The position numbers were made by a program, and so were the translations under genes. The notes under the pieces are model-generated. The model was not told the DNA's origin. It did not search any database and saw only the letters and a list, made by a program, of their open reading frames with translations. A DNA stretch of 64,000 nt, from assembly GCA_964631275.1 (NCBI GenBank), contig CAZVWQ010000004.1, forward strand, positions 11,788-75,787, in the 5' to 3' direction. Position 1 is the first letter of the stretch. Each line of letters opens with the position of its first letter. The DNA comes from an uncultured Candidatus Saccharibacteria bacterium. GTDB taxonomy: Bacteria; Patescibacteriota; JACMRA01. Below, one piece after another: positions 28,276 through 38,158 of this stretch.

Positions 28276-28681
28276 ATAATTTAACCAAAATAGCATGAAT
28301 TAACGAAGCATTCTGCCTATCAATATAAGACTGACAGAATTTAACATATTTATTAATCAAAGCTGTTCTTTGTTCTGTGAATCCTTCTTTAAGCATATCA
28401 ACCTCATACAAAAAGGTAAGCAATACTGCTTGCGAAAGAGGGTAAGTTTTATTCCAATTCTGTAAATATTTCTCTAGCCTAGAGATGCTTTCGAGGTATT
28501 TAGAGTGTATATTTTTTAGATCTTTTTTTAGATTTAATTCTACTTTTTTGTCTAGTGATGAATATCCATCATCTAACCAAAACTCTTCGGTAATTAACAA
28601 AAAATTATCTGGGTCATAAGTATTAATTAGTTTTTGATAAACTAAAGAAATTAAAGAGTTACGATATTTCTTAGTCCACAT
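28274..28681 (-). CDS. NusB-like antitermination-factor homologue (tentative)
   Basis: Start MWTKKYRN at the ATG overlapping the rpmF stop (TGATG). C-terminal LSQAVLLTFLYEV...ALINKYVKFCQSY...ASLIHAILVKL resembles the NusB ILRLAxYEL...VxINEAVELAK...FVNGVL pattern. Its stop overlaps the last 2 nt of the repeat arm. Confidence 0.45.
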   Translation of the reverse strand: MWTKKYRNSLISLVYQKLINTYDPDNFLLITEEFWLDDGYSSLDKKVELNLKKDLKNIHSKYLESISRLEKYLQNWNKTYPLSQAVLLTFLYEVDMLKEGFTEQRTALINKYVKFCQSYIDRQNASLIHAILVKL

Positions 28682-28872
28682 CAAGTTGCAAACTTTATAA
28701 GAATTTTTTTGCCTCGATAAAAACCGCAACTAGCACAGACCATGTGAGGCATTACTTTGGCACCGCAATTAGAGCATTTAGCTAGTTGTTTGAGTTCAAC
28801 TTGCCCATGACCTGGAGCTTTACGTCTGTTATTTCTTCTTCTTTTGGTTAGTCTTTTTTTTGGTACAGCCAT
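28681..28872 (-). CDS. rpmF: 50S ribosomal protein L32
   Basis: MAVPKKRLTKRRRNNRR...CSNCGAKVMPHMVCASCGFYRGK. Confidence 0.9.
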   Translation of the reverse strand: MAVPKKRLTKRRRNNRRKAPGHGQVELKQLAKCSNCGAKVMPHMVCASCGFYRGKKILIKFAT

Positions 28873-28882
28873 AATCTAATTG

Positions 28883-29176
28883 TTATTTTTTGCTATTTTC
28901 AAGTGGCAAGATATTTACAAAAGTTCTTTTTTTTAAATTTCCAGTGAACACTCTTACTTTTTTTTGCTTAAATTGAACTAAGCCATCACATTCCGCAAAC
29001 AAGGTATCATCAGTGCCAATGCCAACATTTTTACCAGGATGAAATTTAGTTCCTCTTTGCCTAACTACTACATTTCCAGTACGGGCTAATTGATCACCAA
29101 ATACTTTAACTCCTAATCTTTGAGCATTAGAGTCTCTACCGTTACTGGATGAACCTGCTTGTTTTTTGTGAGCCAT
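28883..29176 (-). CDS. rpmA: 50S ribosomal protein L27
   Basis: [61 protein letters not shown]. Confidence 0.95.
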   Translation of the reverse strand: MAHKKQAGSSSNGRDSNAQRLGVKVFGDQLARTGNVVVRQRGTKFHPGKNVGIGTDDTLFAECDGLVQFKQKKVRVFTGNLKKRTFVNILPLENSKK

Positions 29177-29305
29177 AATTAATTATTTTAGTTGCTTGAG
29201 TTTTGTATTTAAAAAAATATAAGCTAAAAATCTAGAAAAACTTATAAAAATAGAGTTTGCTGAAGCCATGTAGTTTTGGATTAAATTAAAATTAATAAAA
29301 AAATA

Positions 29306-29701
29306 CTAACGCTTGCTCCATTGCTCTCTTTTTCTGTTTTTTCTGAGACCAGCGATTTTGGGAGCAACTTTACGAATATCAGTAGTTAAATAACCATGCA
29401 TCCTAGCTAAGGTTTTATAGCCTTCGTCAAATTTTACTAAAGATTTAGCTATAGCTAATCTACATGCTTCGGCTTGTCCTTTGGCACCTCCACCTTTAAC
29501 AAAGATATCGAACCTACCAGCACTTACACCCATATTAGTAATGGCATTAAGAATAGTTCTTTGAAAAAAAACTTCAAAATAATCTTCTATTTTCTTACCA
29601 TTTATTTTTATTTCTATGTTTTTTTTGGTGTCGTAAAACTTAGCCCTAGCTGAGGCCCTTTTTCGTCTACCTACTCCATAATAATATTGAGATTCTGACA
29701 T
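29306..29701 (-). CDS. rpsI: 30S ribosomal protein S9
   Basis: GVGRRKRASARAKF...GGGAKGQAEACRLAIAKSL...GYLTTDIRKVAPKIAGLRKNRKREQWSKR. No rplM upstream. Confidence 0.95.
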   Translation of the reverse strand: MSESQYYYGVGRRKRASARAKFYDTKKNIEIKINGKKIEDYFEVFFQRTILNAITNMGVSAGRFDIFVKGGGAKGQAEACRLAIAKSLVKFDEGYKTLARMHGYLTTDIRKVAPKIAGLRKNRKREQWSKR

Positions 29702-30059
29702 AACGTTAATTATTAATAAAAATTACCCTAGATTTTTTGTCAACCTTTTGATTACTGCTGTTACCATAAAATCATCTCATAATCTATCTTAAGGTTCAAG
29801 TCTACATTCAAAATTAAAGCTTAATTATTATATTGTAAATTTGTATTTTTTTAGTTTTTCTGAAAAATTAAATTCACAATTCTTGTTTTAAGTTTAATTT
29901 ATTTAAGAAGGTAAAAGAAGTAAAAAATAGTTTTTTGAGCTCAATAATGAGATAATATTTTAATTGTAAAAAAGCTAAATTTTGACGAAAACTGAGAAAT
30001 TACTAATTCTTATTTTTATTCTTTCATTATAAAACATCTTTAAATAAAAAAATCATATT

Positions 30060-31487
30060 ATGAACGCAATTATTAGCACTTTTTCGATCCTTTTTTGGTT
30101 TGTTGTAATTTTAGTTCCGCTAGTTATTATTCATGAGTTCGGGCATTTTATTATGTCTAGACTGAATGGAGTTAGAATCCCTGAATTTGGAGTTGGCTTT
30201 CCTTTGACTAAAAGACTTTTTTATAAAAGATGGAAGGGTGTAATTTGGTCTTTTTACCCACTTTTAATAGGTGGATTTGTCAGAATTTGGGGAGATAGTG
30301 ATGCTATTGACGAAGCTTACGACGAAATCAAAAAAGATAAGCAAAAAACTGCAGAAGATTACATCCAAAATCGTTTTCAAGAAATTTTAGCTAATAGAGA
30401 TCTCAAGTTCTTTTTGGAAGATAATAATCTAGAATACACTTCAGATTGGAAAGAATTTGAAAATTCAAAGTTTGTTAAAGGTAAAGATGCAGATGAAGAA
30501 AAAGATAAAGTTTCTGATTTTGAAGATAAATATAAACAAATCTCTACTTTAATCACCTGGGAGTTAGAAAAAGAATTAAAAGCCAAAGATACTTTTTTTA
30601 ATAAAAATTGGTTACAGCAAACTTTAATTATTTCAGGTGGAGTGATTTTTAATTTTTTAGCGGCTATCGGTCTTTTTTGGATACTTTTTAGCTTAGTCAA
30701 CCCACCACAACTACCTCTAGTTCTGCAAACTATAGAGCAATATAAGGAATATGTAGACATTACTAATCAAAGTAATACCAAGGTTGCCTCAGTGACTAAA
30801 GATTATCCAGCTTACGAAATTGGAATTAGACCTCAAGATGAGATAATCTCATTTGCTGGAGTAGAAATGAATACAATTAATTCTCAAAATGAATTTAGGA
30901 ATTTAGTCCTTAACAATCGAGATACAGAGATTACCGTTGTTTATTTTTCTAATGAATCTAAAGAAACCGTTAGCAAACAAACAATAATTAATGAAAAAGA
31001 AGGAAAGTATCTGTTTGGAGTGGGAAATCTTTACCGAGAAGTTGATTATCAACCTAAAGGAATCATTCCTGGTTTTCAATTAGCTATAAATAGAACTTTT
31101 TATATTACTAATGTTAGCTTTGGAGCTTTGGGAGAGATCATCTTAGCTCTTAACCCTTTTGCTGAAGATCGCTCAGCCCTAAATTATGTAGCTGGGCCAA
31201 TCGCTGTAGGTAGTATTAGCACTACTATTTTTAAACAAGCTGGGATAGCTGGAATTTTAGAATTAATGGCTTTAGTTAGTATTAGCTTGGCTGTTTTTAA
31301 TATGCTTCCAATTCCCGCCTTAGACGGAGGTCGCTGGATAATCTTAACAATTAATAAAATAACAGGAAAAAGAAATCGTAAAATTGAAGCTACAGTAATT
31401 AGTGTAACCTTTGTGATATTGTTATTGCTAGCTACTATAATTGCTATTAATGACACAAGAGGAGCTATAACTGGAAGATTTAGATAA
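30060..31487 (+). CDS. rseP: RseP/site-2 protease family (M50) zinc metalloprotease with PDZ region
   Basis: HEFGHF zinc motif in TM1, a central soluble segment, and C-terminal NMLPIPALDGG (LDG motif). 475 aa with a long charged insertion after TM2. Confidence 0.85.
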   Translation: MNAIISTFSILFWFVVILVPLVIIHEFGHFIMSRLNGVRIPEFGVGFPLTKRLFYKRWKGVIWSFYPLLIGGFVRIWGDSDAIDEAYDEIKKDKQKTAEDYIQNRFQEILANRDLKFFLEDNNLEYTSDWKEFENSKFVKGKDADEEKDKVSDFEDKYKQISTLITWELEKELKAKDTFFNKNWLQQTLIISGGVIFNFLAAIGLFWILFSLVNPPQLPLVLQTIEQYKEYVDITNQSNTKVASVTKDYPAYEIGIRPQDEIISFAGVEMNTINSQNEFRNLVLNNRDTEITVVYFSNESKETVSKQTIINEKEGKYLFGVGNLYREVDYQPKGIIPGFQLAINRTFYITNVSFGALGEIILALNPFAEDRSALNYVAGPIAVGSISTTIFKQAGIAGILELMALVSISLAVFNMLPIPALDGGRWIILTINKITGKRNRKIEATVISVTFVILLLLATIIAINDTRGAITGRFR

Positions 31488-31505
31488 GGCTCTAGAACTA
31501 GACAT

Positions 31506-31609
31506 TAATCATGTCTTTAAACTTATTTTTTTACTGCTTATTAATACTTTATTTTATAGGATTAAATAGGATCAAAGTTTTGTAAATTTGAGTTATGGGA
31601 TAAGACTAA
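31506..31609 (-). repeat. B-family repeat
   Basis: taatcatgtctttaaacttatttttttactgcttattaat...aaagttttgtaaatttgagttatgggataagactaa. Begins 19 nt after the rseP stop. Confidence 0.8.
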
Positions 31610-31813
31610 TATTCACCTATTTCAAGGTAAAAGTGGCTATTTTGAACTTATTTTGAGACAAGACTAATAGTTAATTCATATTCTGTTTTACGCCATCTCC
31701 ACTCACATTTTTTAAGGTCAGAACTTCGGCAAAACTGAAGATTTCATTTATTTTTTAAACAAATTTTAACTTATATTTTGTTACCTAAGTTAGCTAAATT
31801 ATACCTCAGAAGC

Positions 31814-31850
31814 TATACCCAATACGCCCTAAATTTAACTCTTCATAAAG
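31814..31850 (-). repeat. C-family repeat, left half only, abutting the inverted-repeat arm
   Basis: tatacccaatacgccctaaatttaactcttcataaagaac. Truncated at the same internal point as the copy at 6612-6660. Confidence 0.65.
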
Positions 31851-32256
31851 AACTATACCCAAATGCTAACTAAATTATGATTTAACTGAAGATTTTAGTT
31901 TGATTAAATAAAAAAACACAGTCAAAAAAGCTCACTGAGTAGTTAATAGTTTAGTATATTTGAAATTTTTTACCAATTTAAAGTAAAAATAAAGAAATTA
32001 CTTGTATTTAATTTTGAACAAAAAAATCTAAATCTTAGCTTAAGATCAGCTCTAAATTACAATTTTTGAATAACAGAAAGTTAAAAATATTTGTTTAAAA
32101 AGACTAAAAAATTGTCTCAAAAACTATTTTTAGGTTGACTATTATACCATTTCATAGCCAAATTTAACACCAAAGCTAAACTTAATTCTATTTTAAAGGT
32201 ATTTTGTAGCCTTTTAAGATTAAAAAATCTAAATTTTGAAACTAAATTGAGTATAA
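31849..32256. repeat. right arm of the perfect 408-bp inverted repeat (A module 31854-31958, spacer module, G module 32143-32256)
   Basis: Exact reverse complement of 27868-28275. Confidence 0.95.
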
Positions 32257-32265
32257 AAGTAACAA

Positions 32266-33318
32266 TTATCTCATATATTGAGTATAAGTGTCATTCCAAA
32301 ACCCATTTAAATACTTAGTTACTTCAAATTTTTGAACTATTTCTAAATTAGGATAGCTCAAAGTATAGACCACAAAGTAATCTGAATTGTTTTTATCAGA
32401 AATAGATAGATTTAACCTTGCCGGAAATTCATCTTGATACTTAGAAAATTTGATTGAACGGTTTTCTGTATCAATCAGGTTTAGTTTTTTTTGTATATCT
32501 TCAATAAGCAAGCTAACCTCTCCTAGGTAATTATCAGCCACCCATAAGTTACAAGGTTCGGACTTGGCTAGATTAGAGCAATTATTATCAGCATAAAAAG
32601 TTTGATTTTCAATTCTGATTGTATCGTAAGCTTTTGCTTCTGAAAACCATCCTTCATCTGGAAACACAGGTACAGCTAAAGATCTAGAAAAATTACTTAA
32701 GTCATAGCTAGTCCCTTCAGTAGAGGCAAAATAACTGATTGCTGTAATACCTTTTTTGGTTAGAGCTTGCACTCTATAAGAATTAGTTGAAGGAATAGCG
32801 TCAACTTCCTTAGGATTTAGTTTAATTATCTGAATAGCTTTTAGGTTTTTGTCTGGGCAATTTTCAGGTAGCCACCAACCTTGAGTCTTAGAATTAGCAG
32901 CCAGTTCGATTTCTAAAGGAGCAGATTGAGCAAAGTCAAGCTGACACACTTGGTCAGCTAAATTAGTAATTTTAATTGATTTTTTTTGTTGCTGATTTTG
33001 CGATTGTAGGTTCTCTACTGCCAATCTAAGTTCTACTTCCTGGGCTTCGATTTCTTTATCTTCATTTCTAATTTTATCTTCTGGCTTAATAATTTTGTTG
33101 GTAAACAAGACTCCATTAGCATCTTGACTCATAGCCCTAAGGGAATAAAAACCAACTGTACCCATAGTTACAATAAGACAAAAAACAAACACACTTGGTA
33201 AAAAATTTAGTTTTTTGTTATTATTAATATAGTTGTCGGAATAAGTATTTACAAACTTATTAGAGTCTACAAAATCTTCTATCTTTTTTTTGTTTCCATT
33301 ATTAAAAAACATATACAA
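32266..33318 (-). CDS. hypothetical membrane-anchored extracytoplasmic protein
   Basis: 350 aa with a single TM (LPSVFVFCLIVTMGTVGFYSL) and several Cys pairs in the ectodomain. Its stop lies 10 nt from the repeat arm. Confidence 0.5.
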   Translation of the reverse strand: MYMFFNNGNKKKIEDFVDSNKFVNTYSDNYINNNKKLNFLPSVFVFCLIVTMGTVGFYSLRAMSQDANGVLFTNKIIKPEDKIRNEDKEIEAQEVELRLAVENLQSQNQQQKKSIKITNLADQVCQLDFAQSAPLEIELAANSKTQGWWLPENCPDKNLKAIQIIKLNPKEVDAIPSTNSYRVQALTKKGITAISYFASTEGTSYDLSNFSRSLAVPVFPDEGWFSEAKAYDTIRIENQTFYADNNCSNLAKSEPCNLWVADNYLGEVSLLIEDIQKKLNLIDTENRSIKFSKYQDEFPARLNLSISDKNNSDYFVVYTLSYPNLEIVQKFEVTKYLNGFWNDTYTQYMR

Positions 33319-33789
33319 AAAGTAACCTTAGGTTAACCATTTAACAAAATTTAACATTAAAAAACTTTAGTATCTTGTCAAAGAAATTAAAATTTACTAA
33401 ATTACATGAACCTCATTTTTTTAAAAATATGTAAATTTTTCAGCCCGATTACATTTTTCAGCAAGCTAGTTTTACTCTACTAAACAAAACATTTTTGAAA
33501 TATAAAGTTTTTACTACTATTTTTGCCCTAAATATCAATAAAATTAGATTTCAATTAAAAGTAACTTAAAATTTACTAAAATTTTTTAATAATCAAGTTT
33601 TTAGAGATTTTTTGTGACTAAAAATAAAATAGTGCTTAAAAACCTATATATTAGCCTTGCCTTAAAACCTCTCAATATCTTTATTTTTTTATTAAATGAA
33701 GTAAATGACTACTTTATATAAATTCAGTACTTTTTACCTTAAAACAAACTAAAAATAGGTTATTTTTTTAACAAGACAAAGTAATTCTC

Positions 33790-34320
33790 TTACCCTCCAT
33801 CAAGCTGTATATTCATTTTTGTTCTAGTAAACATAAAAAGTATTGGACCTAAATCCCATAACCAAGGTACAAAAAACCAAGGTATTAATTGAGCTTCTCC
33901 AACTTTGACTCCGTCAACCAGGCGTACCAAAAAACCAGGTACCCAGGTGGGCATTGGTTGAGTAAAAATCTGATTAAGATTATAAAGATAACTTCCAAAA
34001 ACCAAAATAAAAAGAATTAATAATTCCCATCCAGGTGCATCCTCTTCTTTGATATACATACCCAGAGGTTGAATAATAATTCTACGAATTAAAAGAGTTA
34101 TTATAAAGCAACTAAAAACAAAAACTAACCAACTCTCACCTACAGAATCTATTGGATTTTCGAAGGCTGAAGAAATCATCTTACCTACAAAATTAGACCA
34201 CCTAATAATTTGACCATTAATTAGCCTAAACAACAGAATACTAATCAAACTAGCAATGTAGTATGAAGATAAGGTCTTTCGGCTAAAGCTAAAATCGTCA
34301 AAAGGGTTCATGCAATCCAA
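33790..34320 (-). CDS. hypothetical integral membrane protein
   Basis: 176 aa with multiple TM helices. Overlaps the upstream ORF by 13 nt. Confidence 0.45.
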   Translation of the reverse strand: MDCMNPFDDFSFSRKTLSSYYIASLISILLFRLINGQIIRWSNFVGKMISSAFENPIDSVGESWLVFVFSCFIITLLIRRIIIQPLGMYIKEEDAPGWELLILFILVFGSYLYNLNQIFTQPMPTWVPGFLVRLVDGVKVGEAQLIPWFFVPWLWDLGPILFMFTRTKMNIQLDGG

Positions 34321-34700
34321 AAATTATTAAGTAAAAAAGTAAAAAACATGGAAAAGCCAAAATAACAAATAGTTAAAATAATAATAGTTAAAATAGTAGC
34401 TAAAACTAATAATAAATTTTTATTAAGACTGTTTTGGATTTCTTTAACTCTAGGGTTAATCCAAGACTCCGAGACTAATAAAGAAAAAGTCATAATTAAA
34501 AAAATAGCTACTCCACAAATAACTAAAATCTGCCATCTTTGCAAATCCATAAACCATTCATCAAAATCAAATATGCCAGCAAACCAGGAAAAACTTAATC
34601 CAATTACTACACTACAAATACTAAATACAAACAGAGCCAAGCTAAAGGTTAAGGCTAATTTACTAATTTTGCTTTGCCAGTTTAAATCAAGATTTGCCAT
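34308..34700 (-). CDS. hypothetical integral membrane protein
   Basis: 130 aa with about four TM helices. Likely co-transcribed with 33790..34320. Confidence 0.45.
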   Translation of the reverse strand: MANLDLNWQSKISKLALTFSLALFVFSICSVVIGLSFSWFAGIFDFDEWFMDLQRWQILVICGVAIFLIMTFSLLVSESWINPRVKEIQNSLNKNLLLVLATILTIIILTICYFGFSMFFTFLLNNFWIA

Positions 34701-35242
34701 TATGTTTTAATTATATTTTTATTTCAGAATTTTTGTAAAAATTTCTTATGCTAGATAAACTCCTAAACAAAAACTTTAACTTATCTTAGCTTTAACTCTA
34801 TAAAGTAAAGTAAATTTTAGTTTTTTTGAGTCTAAATTTTGATTTCAGCTACATCTAAGTAATATCAAAGGCAAGTACTTACAAACTAAAAAACCTTAGT
34901 TTGAATTTTTAAATACTTATTTCTAATGAAAGCCTCTATACAAAGATAAGTAATAAATCACTTTTTTAATTCTATAAGATTAGCTTTGTCTGATTTCAAA
35001 AAAATAATCTGTTTTTGTTTATTTTCAAAAAAGTACTAATTTTTATGCAAAACTATCACTTTTATTGTATTTAAAAAAAATTTATGGAAGCAAAGGATTA
35101 TACAAAGTAGGGGACTGTTTTAGGTGTATACTTACCTTATAAAAGCTATCTGCAATCTACCCTGATAAAACTACTTTTATTGTCTTTTTGATAGTAAGAT
35201 TTATTAGAAAGTAGCTAAGACTTTTTCAAAAATATTTTTGTA

Positions 35243-35388
35243 CTTGCCACAAACCAAATTTTAGTTTTTTTAGAATTTAAATTTTACCTTTAATTAGGTC
35301 TAATCAAGATCAAAAAGGTCTAATCAAGATCAAAAACCAATCATATAAAAACTAAAAAAGTTTTAATTTAAATTGATTTGAGTATAAA
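35243..35388 (+). repeat. F-family repeat containing a perfect 20-bp tandem duplication
   Basis: ccacaaaccaaattttagtttttttagaatttaaat...gttttaatttaaattgatttgagtataaa. The unit ggtctaatcaagatcaaaaa occurs at 35297-35316 and again at 35317-35336. Confidence 0.75.
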
Positions 35389-35836
35389 AATTTTTTCAAT
35401 ATTTTTACTGTCAACGAAAACCTAAAAAAGATTGTTTTAAGGCTAAAGAGATATTAAATAAGCTGTGTAAGTATAAAATTAAAATAATTAGTGATTACAA
35501 ATATTCTACTAGACTTGAAGCTTAGTTATAAAAAACAAACTTTATATCTTGTCTAGTTGCCAAATTTATTTATTTAATTCTATGTGTAGTCAAGAAGGTA
35601 GTATCTTATAAGGTTTTTGGTTTTAGCAAAATTAAACTAAAAGACTGCTAGCACAAGTCTTTTATTGATATAGCCTCTTTGCTTATACTTATGTAATTAC
35701 CGTTAATAATTTAGGATAACAGTAAATATTTTGAGTATAAGTAATCGCTTGCCATTGTATAAGAATATAAAAATTTACTATCTCTTTTTGACAAGATTAA
35801 TTTTCAGAAAAAATATTCCAAAAAAATCTTTCTATA

Positions 35837-35953
35837 ATGTTAAAGCAGATAATTTTATTTCTTATCGGTTGTGGGGTAGCAGCGTTAGTTTTTGGGCTAT
35901 TATCTTTAGCTAATTATATACTTGTACAAACCCAGTTATTTCTTTTTTCATGA
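35837..35953 (+). CDS. 38-aa hydrophobic micro-ORF translationally coupled to mraY
   Basis: MLKQIILFLIGCGVAALVFGLLSLANYILVQTQLFLFS. Its TGA overlaps the mraY ATG (ATGA). Confidence 0.35.
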   Translation: MLKQIILFLIGCGVAALVFGLLSLANYILVQTQLFLFS

Positions 35954-37062
35954 ACCAGCTTGATACAGCTCAAATCTTAGAATTGTTCAGGGTACTTACT
36001 TACTCTATGGCTAGCTTTTTGATTGGGATGTGGCTAGGTCCTAGTATAATCAGCCTACTTAATTGGCTTAAGTTTTGGAAAAAGACTTCCAGAAAACTAT
36101 CTACTACTGGAGAAGAGTTAGTAGTAACTAAAAAATTTTATCAAGAAAACGAAGAACAAAAAAAAGTTCCTCGGGCGGGCGGTATTTTGATTTGGATAGT
36201 AACTATGTCTATGGCTTTATTTTTTTGGTTGATTATGAAAATCCAAACTAACAATACTACTCAATTTTTAAACTTTATTTCTAGAACTGAAACTTTCATT
36301 CCTTTAGGTACTTTCTTTTACGGTTCTGTCGTTGGGTTTATTGACGATGCTTTAGTTACTATGGAAACTGGAGGAAACTACATGGCTGGTGGGCTAAAAC
36401 TTTCTCAAAGAGCTATTTTGGTTATTATTTTAAGCCTTTTAATTGGGTTATGGTTTCATTTTCAGATTGATTTTCATACTTTTAATATCTTTTTTTGGGA
36501 AATTAACTTAAACAATTATGTTTTGTTTGGACAGTCACTCGGCTGGTTGATTATACCGATTACCACTTTCATTCTTTTAGGTATCTGGGGTAGCGTAATT
36601 ATTGACGGCTTTGATGGAATTGCCGCTGGAACTTTCATTCCAATTTTTGTGTGTTTTGCGGGCCTTGCTTTCGTTAGAGAATTATATGACATCTCGACCT
36701 TAATGATGGTTATTAGCGGTTCGACTCTGGCCTATCTTTGGTTTAACCTACCTCCAGCCAAATTCTATATGGGAGACACTGGGGCTGCTGGATTGCTGCT
36801 AACTCTTGGAGTTGTGGCCATCTTAATTAATTATATATACGTTTTACCAATTGCTGGCTTGATGCTTATACTGACTGTAGGCTCGGCTTTTATACAGATT
36901 TTTTCTAAGACAGTATTTAAAAAGAAAATTTTACTAGCTGCTCCTCTACATCACCACTTTGAGGCCATGGGCTTTACTAGAAATAAAATAACCTATGCCT
37001 ATTGGTTTGTTAGTATAATTATGTCAGCTATCGGGTTTTTTATTGGATATTATTTTAGATAG
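35950..37062 (+). CDS. mraY: phospho-N-acetylmuramoyl-pentapeptide transferase
   Basis: 370 aa, polytopic. VPRAGGILIW, GFIDDALV, IDGFDGIAAG, MGDTGAAGLL and APLHHHFE motifs. Confidence 0.85.
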   Translation: MNQLDTAQILELFRVLTYSMASFLIGMWLGPSIISLLNWLKFWKKTSRKLSTTGEELVVTKKFYQENEEQKKVPRAGGILIWIVTMSMALFFWLIMKIQTNNTTQFLNFISRTETFIPLGTFFYGSVVGFIDDALVTMETGGNYMAGGLKLSQRAILVIILSLLIGLWFHFQIDFHTFNIFFWEINLNNYVLFGQSLGWLIIPITTFILLGIWGSVIIDGFDGIAAGTFIPIFVCFAGLAFVRELYDISTLMMVISGSTLAYLWFNLPPAKFYMGDTGAAGLLLTLGVVAILINYIYVLPIAGLMLILTVGSAFIQIFSKTVFKKKILLAAPLHHHFEAMGFTRNKITYAYWFVSIIMSAIGFFIGYYFR

Positions 37063-37103
37063 CTTTTAACCTTACACCCCTTACTTAATAAAAAATCTGT
37101 ATT

Positions 37104-38107
37104 TTAAAAACCCAAATATCGAACTCCAGACTTGATTAAATAGATACTAAAAAGCAGGGTATGAATCTATGAAAAGTAAAAACATCCCTGCTATAGAAGA
37201 ATTAACTTCTAACAAAGATTTGTCTAGTATAGATACTGAAGCAACTGATTTCTTAAACCAAGGTTTTAAATCTAAAACAGGTAGACCTCCTAAGATGAAT
37301 TTTAGTGATTTGATATATTGCCTAGAACTTAAAAGAAAATACTCTTGTGAAACTTGGATTGGATTGTATAGGTGTTTAGAAGATAAAGTTAAGGTTTATA
37401 GATCAAGTCTTAAATTACCTACATATGCTAATTTTCTTAAATCAATAAAAAGATTGATATTTTACTTATTTAGATTAATTACTTATCAAACTAAAGTAAA
37501 TAGACAACTATTTCTAAAACAAGATGTTAGAATAGCTTTTGTAGATTCAACGCCTTTATCTGTTTGTAATATTAAAAGATCTAGTAGACACAAGACTATG
37601 AATAAAATTGGTAATGAAAATAATCAGAAATTTAAGCCTAATTATTCAAAATCTACTATGGGTTGGTACTATGGATACAAACTACATCTTACTTGTGATT
37701 GGGAAACAAAAGAAGTTATTGATTTTCAATTCTCAGATAGTAAATTAGATGATAGACAGTATCTAAAAGAAATAATTAAAAAACAAAGATAAATTCTACA
37801 ATACACAGACAATGTTTGTAGCTGATAAAGGTTATCAAGCAAAATGGCTAGATGAATTAGCTAAAGAAACAAACAATTACCTAATTACAGGTAAAAAGAA
37901 AAGTAAAAATCAAAAAACCTTAGCTTCACAATTTGATATTTATCTACTCCACACCAGAGCTAGAATAGAATCTGTGTTTTCTAATCTTAAACTTAATTGT
38001 TTTCTTACAAGCACCAGGTCTAGATCAGTACTAGGTTATCTCTTTAATTATGTACTTTCTATGTATTATTTAGTGTTTAAGAATAGTTTCGATATTTAGG
38101 TATTTAA
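37104..38107 (+). mobile_element. IS982/IS5-like insertion sequence (about 1.0 kb) with imperfect TIRs
   Basis: Left end TTAAAAACCCAAATATCGAACT (37104-). Reverse complement of the right end is TTAAATACCTAAATATCGAAACT (-38107). Contains a two-piece DDE transposase. No clear target duplication seen. Confidence 0.75.
37169..38099 (+). pseudogene. DDE_Tnp_1-type (IS982/IS5-like) transposase split by a +1 frameshift
   Basis: ORF 37169..37792 (AFVDSTPLSVCNIKRSSRH, GWYYGYKLHLTCD, FSDSKLDDR) and ORF 37812..38099 (FVADKGY...RARIESVFSNLK). The second frame is open from 37776, so the overlap spans the A6 run 37778-37783. Confidence 0.75.
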
Positions 38108-38158
38108 TAGCTTTAATTAAACTTAAACTTTTAGGTATATTAAACTAGTCTTGTCCCT

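Noticed and set aside
35731-35913. 60-aa ORF upstream of mraY
   Set aside because: It has a TTG start and begins inside a C-family repeat fragment (35683-35745), and its translation is not protein-like. The alternative-frame 38-codon ORF coupled to mraY is a better, though still tentative, candidate.
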